Assembly (NCBI GenBank): GCA_045590615.1
Contig: JAZNRH010000099.1
Location: forward strand, 306 to 64,305
Source: Eubacteriales bacterium
GTDB lineage: Bacteria; Bacillota; Clostridia; Oscillospirales; SIG627
Reading direction: 5' to 3'
Length of the DNA: 64,000 nucleotides
Positions within the stretch are counted from its first letter, which is position 1. Each line of letters begins with the position of its first letter. Of the stretch, positions 55,809 through 64,000 are shown in pieces. The notes beneath the pieces were generated by a model. That model was not told where the DNA came from. It searched no databases and saw only the letters and a list, made by a program, of their open reading frames with translations. A program made the position numbers and the translations under genes.

Positions 55809-56885
55809 ATGAGAAAATTAACTAACAAGGTCGTTGCAGGAACCATCGAAATCGGTGGGAACGCTCCCATTTCTATTCAATCGATGATAACTGCAAACCC
55901 ACATGACAAAAATGCATGTATAAAGGATATATTAAGACTCGCCGAGGCAGGCTGTGATATTATTCGCTTTACTCTGCCCGACGTCGAGTCTGCCGAGAAT
56001 ATCCCCTTTTATAAAAAAGAGCTCGGCAAGCACAAGGTTGCTCTGGTAGCTGATATTCATTTTGATTATAGAGTTGCGCTGAGAGCGTGTGAGCTCGGTA
56101 TAGATAAAATAAGAATTAATCCGGGTAACATCGGAGACGAGAGCAAGGTCAAGGCTGTAGCAGACGCCTGCCGTGAAAGAAGCATCCCCATCAGAATAGG
56201 TGTAAACAGTGGCTCTCTTGAAAAGAAGCTACTCGAAAAATACGGCTCACCGACCTCAGATGCGTTAGTTGAGTCGGCTCTCGGTGAAATTGAGGCGCTT
56301 GAACGCTTTGGCTTCTCTGACGTCGTAGTGTCGGTAAAGTCGTCCGACGTTGCCACAATGATAGACGCATACAAAAAGCTCTCGGCTAAAACGAGCTGTC
56401 CTCTGCACCTTGGTGTAACCGAGGCAGGAACACTCAAGAAAAGCCTTATTAAATCCTCTGTCGGTATCGGAACGCTTCTCAGTCAGGGAATTGGCGACAC
56501 AATTCGCGTATCTATTACCGACGACGTTATAGAGGAGGTCATTGCAGGAAGAGAAATTCTCTCCTCGCTCGGACTTTTTAATAAGGGCTCGTTTGACCTG
56601 ACCTCCTGTCCCACCTGTGGTAGAACGAAAATCAATCTCGTTGAAATTGCTAAAAAAGTGGAGAGCGCTCTCGAAACGCTCCCACCAATAGAAAACAAAA
56701 AAATCAAGGTTGCCGTTATGGGCTGTGTAGTAAACGGACCCGGTGAAGCAAGAGAGGCAGATATCGGAATTGCAGGTGGCATAGGCGAAGCGCTTCTCTT
56801 CAAGAAGGGTGAGCCGATTTGCAAAATACCCGAGGATAAAATTGTTGAGGTATTGATAGAAGAAATTGAAAAAATGAGGAATTGA
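55809..56885 (+). CDS. ispG: 4-hydroxy-3-methylbut-2-en-1-yl diphosphate synthase
   Basis: IQSMITAN, RINPGNIG, SCPTCGR, MGCVVNGPGEA. Confidence 0.95.
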   Translation: MRKLTNKVVAGTIEIGGNAPISIQSMITANPHDKNACIKDILRLAEAGCDIIRFTLPDVESAENIPFYKKELGKHKVALVADIHFDYRVALRACELGIDKIRINPGNIGDESKVKAVADACRERSIPIRIGVNSGSLEKKLLEKYGSPTSDALVESALGEIEALERFGFSDVVVSVKSSDVATMIDAYKKLSAKTSCPLHLGVTEAGTLKKSLIKSSVGIGTLLSQGIGDTIRVSITDDVIEEVIAGREILSSLGLFNKGSFDLTSCPTCGRTKINLVEIAKKVESALETLPPIENKKIKVAVMGCVVNGPGEAREADIGIAGGIGEALLFKKGEPICKIPEDKIVEVLIEEIEKMRN

Positions 56886-56887
56886 AA

Positions 56888-59800
56888 TTGGAATTTGAAA
56901 AAAACAGTATTTCCCTTGCCGAAAAGCTGACGAAGTATCAGCCCGAGGGAATAAAAAGGGCGTTGCTTGAAGCTACTTATCAATACAAGTGCGCAGTAAA
57001 TAAAGAAAACAGGTCTTTTATAATACATATAGCCTCAGACAAGCTTTTACAAAAGGCTCTGCTCTATGAAATAGAGTCAGAGCTTGTATCTGCTTATGCG
57101 CTCAGCGCCTGCTTTATACTCCCACACTATCCCGAAAAGCTCTTCAGTGAGAGCTATTACTCGGAGCTTATAACCGAGCTTAAGCGCAATACTGCCTTTG
57201 CAAACGGATTTTTTGACAACGGAAAAATGGAGCTCGAGGGAAACAAGCTTGTTTTCAAGCTCGACGGTGGACTTGGAAAGCTCCCTCACGATGCCGAGTG
57301 CTCAAGAATTCTTGCCGATATTATAAAAAGCGAATTCGACCTTGCACTCGAGGTTGTAATCGACGATTCAATCCCCTTTGATATGAGCTCCTACATCAAG
57401 GAATCGGAGCGCTCTATGCCAATGCCCAAGATCGTCGAGAAAGTTCAAGAGGAAGCAAAGGAACAGATTCACTCCCTTATGGAAGAAGAAAATGAAGTGG
57501 ACGAGAAGAGCGAAAACTCCGAGAAAGAGGACAGCTTCCGTTCAGGCTTTATTGAATTCGACCTCTCTAAAAGAGAGCTCGTATATGGCAAGGAGAGAAA
57601 AAAAGAAGCTAACTTCGTTGCAATAAAAAACGTATTCGGACTTGAACCGAAAAAGCTTATTGCAGTATGTGGTAAGGTTTTCTTTACGGACAGCCGAGAA
57701 ACAAGAGCAGGAGACAAAACCATTGCCACAGTACAGATTACCGACGAAAGCTCGTCGATATCGGTTAAATTCTTTTGCCCCGTAGAAAATTGGAACGATG
57801 CCAAAGGTGCGTTCAAAACGGGCACTGCTATCGAGGTAATCGGTCAGGTAGATTTTGATAAATATGAAAATGAAACGGTTATAAAGCCGGTTTCGGTATA
57901 TAAAATTTCAGAGAAAAAAAGAACGGACGATGCCGAGGAAAAGAGAGTTGAGCTTCATATTCACTCCACCCTATCGGCAATGGACGCAGTAGCTTCCCCC
58001 ACTCAGATAGTGGAAACTGCTCACGCATGGGGACACAAGGCTGTCGCAATCACCGACCACGGAAACGTGCAGGGCTTCCCCGATGCAATGATTGCCGCCG
58101 AAAAGCTTGGTATGAAGGTGCTCTACGGAATAGAAGCATATTTCGTAGACGATACTGCAAGAGCCGTTTACGGTGACTCCAACGCAAGCTTTGAGGATGA
58201 CACCTTTATAATTTTTGATATAGAAACAACGGGTCTTTCCCCACTGACCTGTGGCATTACCGAAATAGGTGCAGTAAAGTATCGTGGTGGAAAAATCGAG
58301 GACAGGTTTTCAACCTTCGTCAACCCACAAATACCAATTCCTCAGAATATCGTTGAATTGACGGGCATTACCGACGATATGGTAAAAGATGCCCCCGATA
58401 CACAAAGCGCTGTAAAGAGCTTTGTGGAATTTTGTGGCAATGACATTCTTGTTGCGCATAACGCTAACTTTGATATGGGCTTTATGAAAAAGGCTGCAGA
58501 GGACTATTCAATCCCCTTTACCAATCCGTATCTTGACACTCTTGCGTTGTCGAGACATATCAACACAGACCTGAAAAAGCACAAGCTTGACACCCTTCAG
58601 GAATATTACGGACTTGAGGCCTTCAATCACCACAGAGCGTGTGACGATGCCGAAATGCTTGCTAAAATTTTTGAATGTATGTGTCAGAAGCTCAAAAAAG
58701 AGGGCGTTGCAAATATTTCGGATATGATTTTATCAATGTCCGAAAAAACCGACCCAAAAAAGCTTCGTCCATATCATATGATTATTCTCGTAAAGAGTCA
58801 GGCAGGTATGTTCAATTTATACCGTCTTGTTTCGGAGTCCTATCTTACGTATTTTAACCGTCAGCCGAGAATTCCAAAGACTCTTCTCGAGAGATACCGT
58901 GACGGCTTGATTATAGGCTCGGCTTGTGAAGCAGGCGAGCTCTATCAGGCGATTTTATCGGGTAAAAATACGGGCGACCTTTTGAAGATTGCCTCGTTCT
59001 ACGATTATCTTGAAATTCAGCCTCTGTCCAACAACGCCTTTATGATAGAAAACGGCACTGTGCCAAACGAGGACAAGCTGATTGAAATCAATAAAGAAAT
59101 TATTTCTCTTGCAAGAAAGGCAAAGAAGCCTGTCGTTGCAACCTGTGATGCGCACTTCTTGAATAAGCAGGACGAGATTTACAGAAGAATTCTCGTTTCG
59201 GCAAAATTCACAGATGCAGACCGACCAAATCCCTTGTATTTCAGAACGACCAAGGAAATGCTCGCCGAGTTCTCATATCTTGACGAAGCTACTGCAAAAG
59301 AGGTTGTCATTACCAATCCCAACCTCATAGCCGATATGGTTGACGATGAAATACGTCCAATCCCCAAGGGTACATTCACCCCGAATCTCGAGGGTGCAGA
59401 AGAGGACCTGCAGAATATGTGCTGGAAAAAGGCAAAAAGCATATACGGAGACCCTCTTCCCGAAATCGTTTATAACCGTCTTGACAAGGAGCTTACGTCG
59501 ATTATCAAGAACGGCTATGCCGTGCTTTATATCATTGCTCAAAAGCTTGTACATTACAGTGAAAGTCAAGGCTATCTCGTAGGCTCAAGAGGCTCGGTAG
59601 GCTCTTCCTTCGTTGCATCGATGGCAAGTATATCCGAGGTAAATCCCCTTCCACCACACTATTACTGCCCCGAGTGTAAATACAGCGAATTTATCACTAA
59701 CGGCTCGGTGGGCTCGGGCTTTGACTTACCCGACAAAAAGTGCCCTAAGTGTAACGCCGACCTCAAGGGTGACGGACACGATATCCCCTTTGAAACCTTC

Positions 59801-61249
59801 CTCGGCTTCTACGGAGACAAATCACCCGATATCGACCTCAACTTCTCGGGAGAGGTACAGGGACGGGTACACAAGTACACCGAAGAGCTCTTCGGCAGTG
59901 AAAACGTTTTCCGTGCAGGAACGTTGGGTACGCTTGCCGAAAAGACGGCGTACGGCTTTGTTCTCAAATATCTTGAAAGTAAAAACCTTACTATGAACAA
60001 AGCAGAAATGAATCGCCTTGCAAACGGCTGTGTAGGTGTAAAGCGCACTACGGGTCAGCACCCGGGTGGTATCATAGTTGTGCCACGTGAGAACAGCGTT
60101 TACGAATTCACTCCCGTTCAGCACCCTGCCGACGACCCTAACTCGGATATCGTTACAACTCACTTTGCATTCTCCTATCTGCACGATACCATTCTCAAGC
60201 TCGACGAGCTTGGACACGATATTCCAACCAAATATAAAATGATAGAGCGCTTCTCAGGCACCAATATAATGGACGTTCCTATGAACGTGCCCGAGGTGTA
60301 CGAGCTTTTCCGTTCTACCAAGCCTCTCGGGGTAACCCCTGAGGATATCGGCTGTCCTCTCGGTACACTCGGCTTGCCCGAGCTGTCAACCTCCTTCGTT
60401 CAGCAGGTTCTCGTTGAAGCTAAGCCAAAGAACTTTGCCGACTTGTTGCAGGTATCGGGACTTACTCACGGTACGGACGTATGGCTCGGAAATGCTCAGG
60501 ATTTGATTAACGAGGGCATCTGTGACATTTCAAAGGTTATAGGTACCCGTGACGGTATCATGCTCGACCTTATCAACTACGGACTCGAAAACAAGCTTTC
60601 GTTTGATATAATGGAAAAGGTTCGTAAGGGTAAGGGGCTTTCACCGGAGCACGAGGCGGCAATGAGAGAAAAGAACGTACCCGATTGGTACATAGACTCG
60701 TGTAAAAAAATCAAATATATGTTCCCTAAGGCTCACGCAGCGGCATACGTAATGAGTGCTATCAGAATCGGCTGGTATAAAATCTTTATGCCCGTTGCCT
60801 TCTATGCAGGTTTCTTCACAGCAGCCCCCGGTGGCTTTGATGCAGGAATAGTTATGGGTGGCAGAGCAAACGTCGTTCGCACAATTGAGGACATCAAGCA
60901 AAGAGGACACGACGCAAGCCAGAAGGAGCAGTCTCTCATACCTACTCTTCAGCTTGCAAACGAATGTATGGCACGTGGAGTAGAATTTCTGCCAATCAAC
61001 CTCTATAAATCACATTCGCACGACTTCTTGCCAGAGGGTGACAAAATCCGTCTCCCCTTCTCTACGCTTGGTGGAGTAGGCGACGCTGCTGCTATAAGCA
61101 TCTACAAGGCTATGAATTCGGGCGAGGCGATTTTGTCCGTAGAGGACCTTAGAACACGCTCAGGAATTTCCAAGGCAGTTATAGATACACTTCGCGAATT
61201 CGGTGTGTTGGATGAGCTTCCCGAAACCAATCAATTAACGCTGTTTTAA
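56888..61249 (+). CDS. polC: DNA polymerase III PolC-type (Gram-positive replicase with internal exonuclease)
   Basis: PHP motif VELHIHS, exo motifs FDIETTGLS / AHNANFDMGF / HHRACDDA, zinc-finger CPECKY...CPKC, pol core. No ATG available. TTG 56888 sits 7 nt after GAGGA (TTG 56882 only 1 nt after). Confidence 0.93.
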   Translation: MEFEKNSISLAEKLTKYQPEGIKRALLEATYQYKCAVNKENRSFIIHIASDKLLQKALLYEIESELVSAYALSACFILPHYPEKLFSESYYSELITELKRNTAFANGFFDNGKMELEGNKLVFKLDGGLGKLPHDAECSRILADIIKSEFDLALEVVIDDSIPFDMSSYIKESERSMPMPKIVEKVQEEAKEQIHSLMEEENEVDEKSENSEKEDSFRSGFIEFDLSKRELVYGKERKKEANFVAIKNVFGLEPKKLIAVCGKVFFTDSRETRAGDKTIATVQITDESSSISVKFFCPVENWNDAKGAFKTGTAIEVIGQVDFDKYENETVIKPVSVYKISEKKRTDDAEEKRVELHIHSTLSAMDAVASPTQIVETAHAWGHKAVAITDHGNVQGFPDAMIAAEKLGMKVLYGIEAYFVDDTARAVYGDSNASFEDDTFIIFDIETTGLSPLTCGITEIGAVKYRGGKIEDRFSTFVNPQIPIPQNIVELTGITDDMVKDAPDTQSAVKSFVEFCGNDILVAHNANFDMGFMKKAAEDYSIPFTNPYLDTLALSRHINTDLKKHKLDTLQEYYGLEAFNHHRACDDAEMLAKIFECMCQKLKKEGVANISDMILSMSEKTDPKKLRPYHMIILVKSQAGMFNLYRLVSESYLTYFNRQPRIPKTLLERYRDGLIIGSACEAGELYQAILSGKNTGDLLKIASFYDYLEIQPLSNNAFMIENGTVPNEDKLIEINKEIISLARKAKKPVVATCDAHFLNKQDEIYRRILVSAKFTDADRPNPLYFRTTKEMLAEFSYLDEATAKEVVITNPNLIADMVDDEIRPIPKGTFTPNLEGAEEDLQNMCWKKAKSIYGDPLPEIVYNRLDKELTSIIKNGYAVLYIIAQKLVHYSESQGYLVGSRGSVGSSFVASMASISEVNPLPPHYYCPECKYSEFITNGSVGSGFDLPDKKCPKCNADLKGDGHDIPFETFLGFYGDKSPDIDLNFSGEVQGRVHKYTEELFGSENVFRAGTLGTLAEKTAYGFVLKYLESKNLTMNKAEMNRLANGCVGVKRTTGQHPGGIIVVPRENSVYEFTPVQHPADDPNSDIVTTHFAFSYLHDTILKLDELGHDIPTKYKMIERFSGTNIMDVPMNVPEVYELFRSTKPLGVTPEDIGCPLGTLGLPELSTSFVQQVLVEAKPKNFADLLQVSGLTHGTDVWLGNAQDLINEGICDISKVIGTRDGIMLDLINYGLENKLSFDIMEKVRKGKGLSPEHEAAMREKNVPDWYIDSCKKIKYMFPKAHAAAYVMSAIRIGWYKIFMPVAFYAGFFTAAPGGFDAGIVMGGRANVVRTIEDIKQRGHDASQKEQSLIPTLQLANECMARGVEFLPINLYKSHSHDFLPEGDKIRLPFSTLGGVGDAAAISIYKAMNSGEAILSVEDLRTRSGISKAVIDTLREFGVLDELPETNQLTLF

Positions 61250-61251
61250 GA

Positions 61252-61775
61252 GGCTATAAAAAAAGGTGACACCGAAAAAACGATGAATACTTTTTGAAAG
61301 TCATATAGTAATAAACAAACAAAACCTTTCAAAAGTTATGCTTTTTATATGTAGTAAAATTTGAAGATTCAAATTTTACAAAAATAATATTCGTTTTTTC
61401 TTTGCACGAACCTCGCTACTCCCGTACATAAGTACGGCGACGAGCGTCGGTTCGCACAATCTCCCTCTTTTTTTAGGCGCCTCTCAAAAAACACTTGGCT
61501 GTAAAAAAAAGTGACACCGAAAAAACGATGAGAAGCTTTTGAAAGCCATATAGTAATAAACAAACAAAACCTTTCAAGAGTTATGCTTTTATAGGTAGTA
61601 AAATTTGATTAGCCAAATTTTACAAAAATAGTATTCGTTTTTTCTTTGCACGAACCTCGCTACTGCCGTACATAAGTACGGCGACGAGCGTCGGTTCGCA
61701 CAATCTCCCTCTTTTTTTAGGCGCCTCTCAAAAAATGGCTATAAAAAAAGTGACACCGAAAAACAATGAGAAAAT
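61252..61775 (+). repeat. Non-coding structured tandem repeat, unit ~245 bp, two full copies plus a partial third
   Basis: Unit starts (GGCT-R-TAAAAAAA..GTGACACCGAAAAA) at 61252, 61497 and 61737. Copies 1 and 2 align end to end with about 20 differences by eye. Each has three hairpins (copy 1: 61289-61336, 61354-61379, 61407-61454). Confidence 0.9.
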
Positions 61776-61816
61776 AGAAGTTACATAATAGTAGTAATTA
61801 ACACATAGGAGTTATT

Positions 61817-62980
61817 ATGACAAGGCTGATATTGAAAAAATACAAGGACAATCTTGATACGCAACAGACCAAGGCGTCAATAGGTAAGCTGTCGGGCGCA
61901 GTTGGAATATGCGCTAATATGCTTTTGGCTGTGGCAAAGCTTTTTGCCGGTACTCTTTCGGGCTCGGTTTCAATTACTGCAGATGCCTTGAATAATTTTA
62001 CCGATGCGGCAAGCTCGCTCATTACTCTCGTCGGCTTCAAGCTCAGCGAACAGCCTGCCGATGACGAGCATCCTTACGGACACGCAAGATTTGAATACCT
62101 TTCAGCTTTAGCCGTTTCTGTGCTGATTATATTTATCGGCTTTGAATTGGCAAAAACTTCAATTGGTAAAATTATCAACCCGACTGCTACTACGCTTTCA
62201 CTTGTATCCGGAGCAATTCTCGTAATATCAATTATGGTCAAGCTCTGGCTGTCTTATTTTAATAAGGTACTTGGACGGGCAATTGATTCTGCTACCCTCG
62301 TAGCTTCATCGGCTGATAGCAGAAACGACGTTATTGCTACCCTTGCAGTCCTTGTCGCTTCTCTTGTAGAGCATTTTACAAGCTTTAAGATAGACGGATT
62401 TATGGGACTTGCAGTTGCTATATTTATACTGTATAGTGGAATTACTCTTGCAAAGGACACTATTTCGCCAATTCTCGGAGAAAACGCAACGCCCGAGCTG
62501 AAGGAAGAAATTGTCGATTACGTAAGCTCTTGCCCAAAGGTGCTTGGTTATCACGACCTTATGGTACACGATTACGGAATGGGCAGACGCTTTGCGAGTC
62601 TACACGTTGAAATGGACAAGAACGAGGACCCTATTTTATGCCATGAGCTAATTGACGATATGGAGCGTGAGTGTAAAAAAAGCCACGGAGTAGAGCTTGT
62701 TATTCACTACGATCCCGTGACTATAGACGACCCCATATTCGATTTGCTTAGAGAACATTCGCTTGAGGCTCTCAAAAGCATTGACGATAGAATAACCCTT
62801 CACGACTTCAGGGTGGTAATAGGTGAAGGTCATACCAACGTGGTTTTTGATGCAGTAATTCCTACCGACCTCAAGTGCAATAAGGACGATATAAAGCTTT
62901 GCGTCGAAAAAACGCTCGAAGATAAGAACGATAAAAAATTCTACGCAGTTATAACCTATGACCTGATAGCATTTAATTAA
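61817..62980 (+). CDS. Cation diffusion facilitator family metal exporter
   Basis: Six-TM N-terminal domain with ADALNNFTD and HPYGHARFEY motifs, plus a cytoplasmic C-terminal domain. RBS taggag. Confidence 0.85.
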   Translation: MTRLILKKYKDNLDTQQTKASIGKLSGAVGICANMLLAVAKLFAGTLSGSVSITADALNNFTDAASSLITLVGFKLSEQPADDEHPYGHARFEYLSALAVSVLIIFIGFELAKTSIGKIINPTATTLSLVSGAILVISIMVKLWLSYFNKVLGRAIDSATLVASSADSRNDVIATLAVLVASLVEHFTSFKIDGFMGLAVAIFILYSGITLAKDTISPILGENATPELKEEIVDYVSSCPKVLGYHDLMVHDYGMGRRFASLHVEMDKNEDPILCHELIDDMERECKKSHGVELVIHYDPVTIDDPIFDLLREHSLEALKSIDDRITLHDFRVVIGEGHTNVVFDAVIPTDLKCNKDDIKLCVEKTLEDKNDKKFYAVITYDLIAFN

Positions 62981-63137
62981 ATAACTCTCTATCCGAGATA
63001 AATATTGGTAAACAAAAAATATACGGTTTCAAAGATAATTATGCATTCTTATCTCCGGAGCGAGACAAATGGATAGAAGTATGCTATGATGTAGCTGTAA
63101 TACAAGTAAGACAAACTTGAATTTGGCGGTGAAATAA

Positions 63138-63578
63138 ATGAATTATATTAGACAAGCAAGATATGATGACATAGAGAGAATTGCAGAAATTTTAGTATTC
63201 AATTATAGGCTAAATTTCTATCCAATATTTCGTGATGATTGTTTCTATTTTGAAGAACTAACGGTTGCTAAACAAACGGCTAACTATATGAATAAGTTGG
63301 ACAGCATTTGGGTTTATGATGATGGTGTTGTAAAAGGATTTATTCAAATAGAAAATGCAGAAGTTAAAAAACTGTTTGTAGAGCCTGTACTTCAAGGTAA
63401 TTCTATCGGAGCGAAATTGTTGGAATACGCGATAGCCGAAAGTAATGTCAATTTTTTGTGGGCTTTAGAGAAAAACACAAAAGCAATAGCATTTTATAAG
63501 CGACATGGTTTTAATATAACAAATGACAAAAAATATGAAGAAGATACAACGGAATTTCTTGTTCGTATGGAACGATAA
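63138..63578 (+). CDS. GNAT-family N-acetyltransferase
   Basis: 146 aa. Motif A-like LFVEPVLQGNSIGAKLLEYA and FYKRHGF. Markedly AT-rich (16 G+C in the first 60 nt). Confidence 0.75.
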   Translation: MNYIRQARYDDIERIAEILVFNYRLNFYPIFRDDCFYFEELTVAKQTANYMNKLDSIWVYDDGVVKGFIQIENAEVKKLFVEPVLQGNSIGAKLLEYAIAESNVNFLWALEKNTKAIAFYKRHGFNITNDKKYEEDTTEFLVRMER

Positions 63579-63652
63579 ATTCCAATATGTCGAACAGATC
63601 AAGGCCGCACTTCTATACACTGTTCGGTGTAGTGCATTGAGCGCATCGCTTG

Positions 63653-63671
63653 CCTCTCCCTTTGGGAGAGG
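63653..63671 (+). other. GC-rich hairpin in the leader of the DUF559 gene
   Basis: cctctccc (63653-63660) ttt gggagagg (63664-63671), 8-bp perfect stem. Confidence 0.5.
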
Positions 63672-63704
63672 TGGCCGAGCAAAGCGAGGACGGAGAGGGT
63701 GAAC

Positions 63705-64000
63705 ATGCCCATACCAAAAGATAACAGCCAATTGGAAAACGCCCGGCGGCTCCGCAGGGAAATGACTCCCCATGAGCGCAAGCTTTGGTATCTTTTTCTC
63801 CGTAAATATCCGGTTAAGGTTTACAAGCAGCGGATTATTGGCAGGTTTATCGTAGACTTTTACTGTGCTTCTGCAAAGCTGGTTATCGAAGTGGATGGTT
63901 CGCAGCATTTTGCGCCGCAGGGTATGGTATATGACGCAGAACGTTCTGCGTTTTTGTCGGCTTTGGGCTTGGAAATCTTGCGATTTTCCAACCGGGACAT
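63705..64000 (+). CDS. DUF559 (Vsr/endonuclease-like) domain protein, 3' end beyond the window
   Basis: My own translation from ATG 63705: MPIPKDNSQLENARRLRREMTPHERKLWYLFLRKYPVKVYKQRIIGRFIVDFYCASAKLVIEVDGSQH.... This shows the typical DUF559 pattern (MT..E..LW, YK..RQ..IG.YI.DFYC, L.IE.DG..H). It is absent from the ORF track because no stop occurs before 64000. Confidence 0.7.
   Translation, partial: MPIPKDNSQLENARRLRREMTPHERKLWYLFLRKYPVKVYKQRIIGRFIVDFYCASAKLVIEVDGSQHFAPQGMVYDAERSAFLSALGLEILRFSNRD

Noticed and set aside
40659-61249. Glycogen operon and the pyrH-to-polC block as candidates for novelty
   Set aside because: Gene content and order match the well-known Firmicute arrangements (glgBCDAP plus a GH13 gene; pyrH-frr-uppS-cdsA-dxr-rseP-ispG-polC). 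Apart from small overlaps and the polC TTG start, nothing was unusual.
61407-61454. Metal riboswitch (yybP-ykoY Mn or NiCo/czcD class) upstream of the CDF exporter
   Set aside because: A GGGAGTAGC string reminiscent of the yybP-ykoY core occurs only on the minus strand, opposite to the exporter gene, and is not conserved in copy 2 (GGCAGTAGC). I could not recognise the four-way-junction NiCo architecture. A covariance-model scan would settle this.
61369-61563. 64-aa minus-strand ORF inside the tandem repeat, and tiny + strand ORFs (ATGAATACTTTTTGA, ATGAGAAGCTTTTGA) at the start of each unit
   Set aside because: The 64-aa ORF spans a unit junction, so it is not conserved between copies, and it has no RBS. 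The 4-codon ORFs have only a distant GGTG about 13 nt upstream. I have no evidence that they are translated.
61252-61775. Possible CRISPR array
   Set aside because: The repeat period is ~245 bp with the entire unit repeated, not 25-40-bp repeats separated by unique spacers. No cas genes are nearby.
63465-63908. 147-aa minus-strand ORF (and 60-aa ORF 63599-63781)
   Set aside because: It is antisense to the DUF559 coding region and its GC-rich leader. The + strand reading gives a clear DUF559 motif pattern instead.

Overview
64-kb chromosomal window from a Gram-positive, Clostridia-like Firmicute (PolC-type replicase, GlgD, SLH-domain wall proteins, SpoIVFB-like protease; low-to-mid GC by eye). 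I call about 47 protein genes and saw no rRNA, tRNA or CRISPR array. Left third: a minus-strand surface-protein operon with two diverged SLH-anchored paralogs (930 and 1074 aa) followed by a 1913-aa secreted, highly repetitive protein with no recognisable anchor. After it come a cyclophilin, a stand-alone ACP next to an AMP-dependent acyl ligase, trmL, a short M50 protease, secDF, alr, an aldose epimerase and putP. Middle: a six-gene minus-strand operon joining an OmpR-type response regulator and an intramembrane-sensing histidine kinase to a CrtO-like membrane acyltransferase, a UgtP/MGDG-synthase-like glycosyltransferase, a PAP2-like membrane protein and a 997-aa fused MacB/FtsX-type ABC transporter. 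This is my best candidate for an undescribed envelope glycolipid-remodelling or resistance module. Next are a glucuronide-utilisation patch (GH2 beta-glucuronidase with the N-x-K-G motif, GPH symporter, uxuA), metA-metY, yitT, the glgB-C-D-A-P-GH13 glycogen operon, and the conserved pyrH-frr-uppS-cdsA-dxr-rseP-ispG-polC block. Right end: a ~245-bp structured non-coding tandem repeat (2 full copies plus 1 partial) between polC and a CDF metal exporter, then an AT-rich GNAT gene and a DUF559 gene cut by the window edge. All calls rest on motif and structure recognition by eye. No database search or computation was run.
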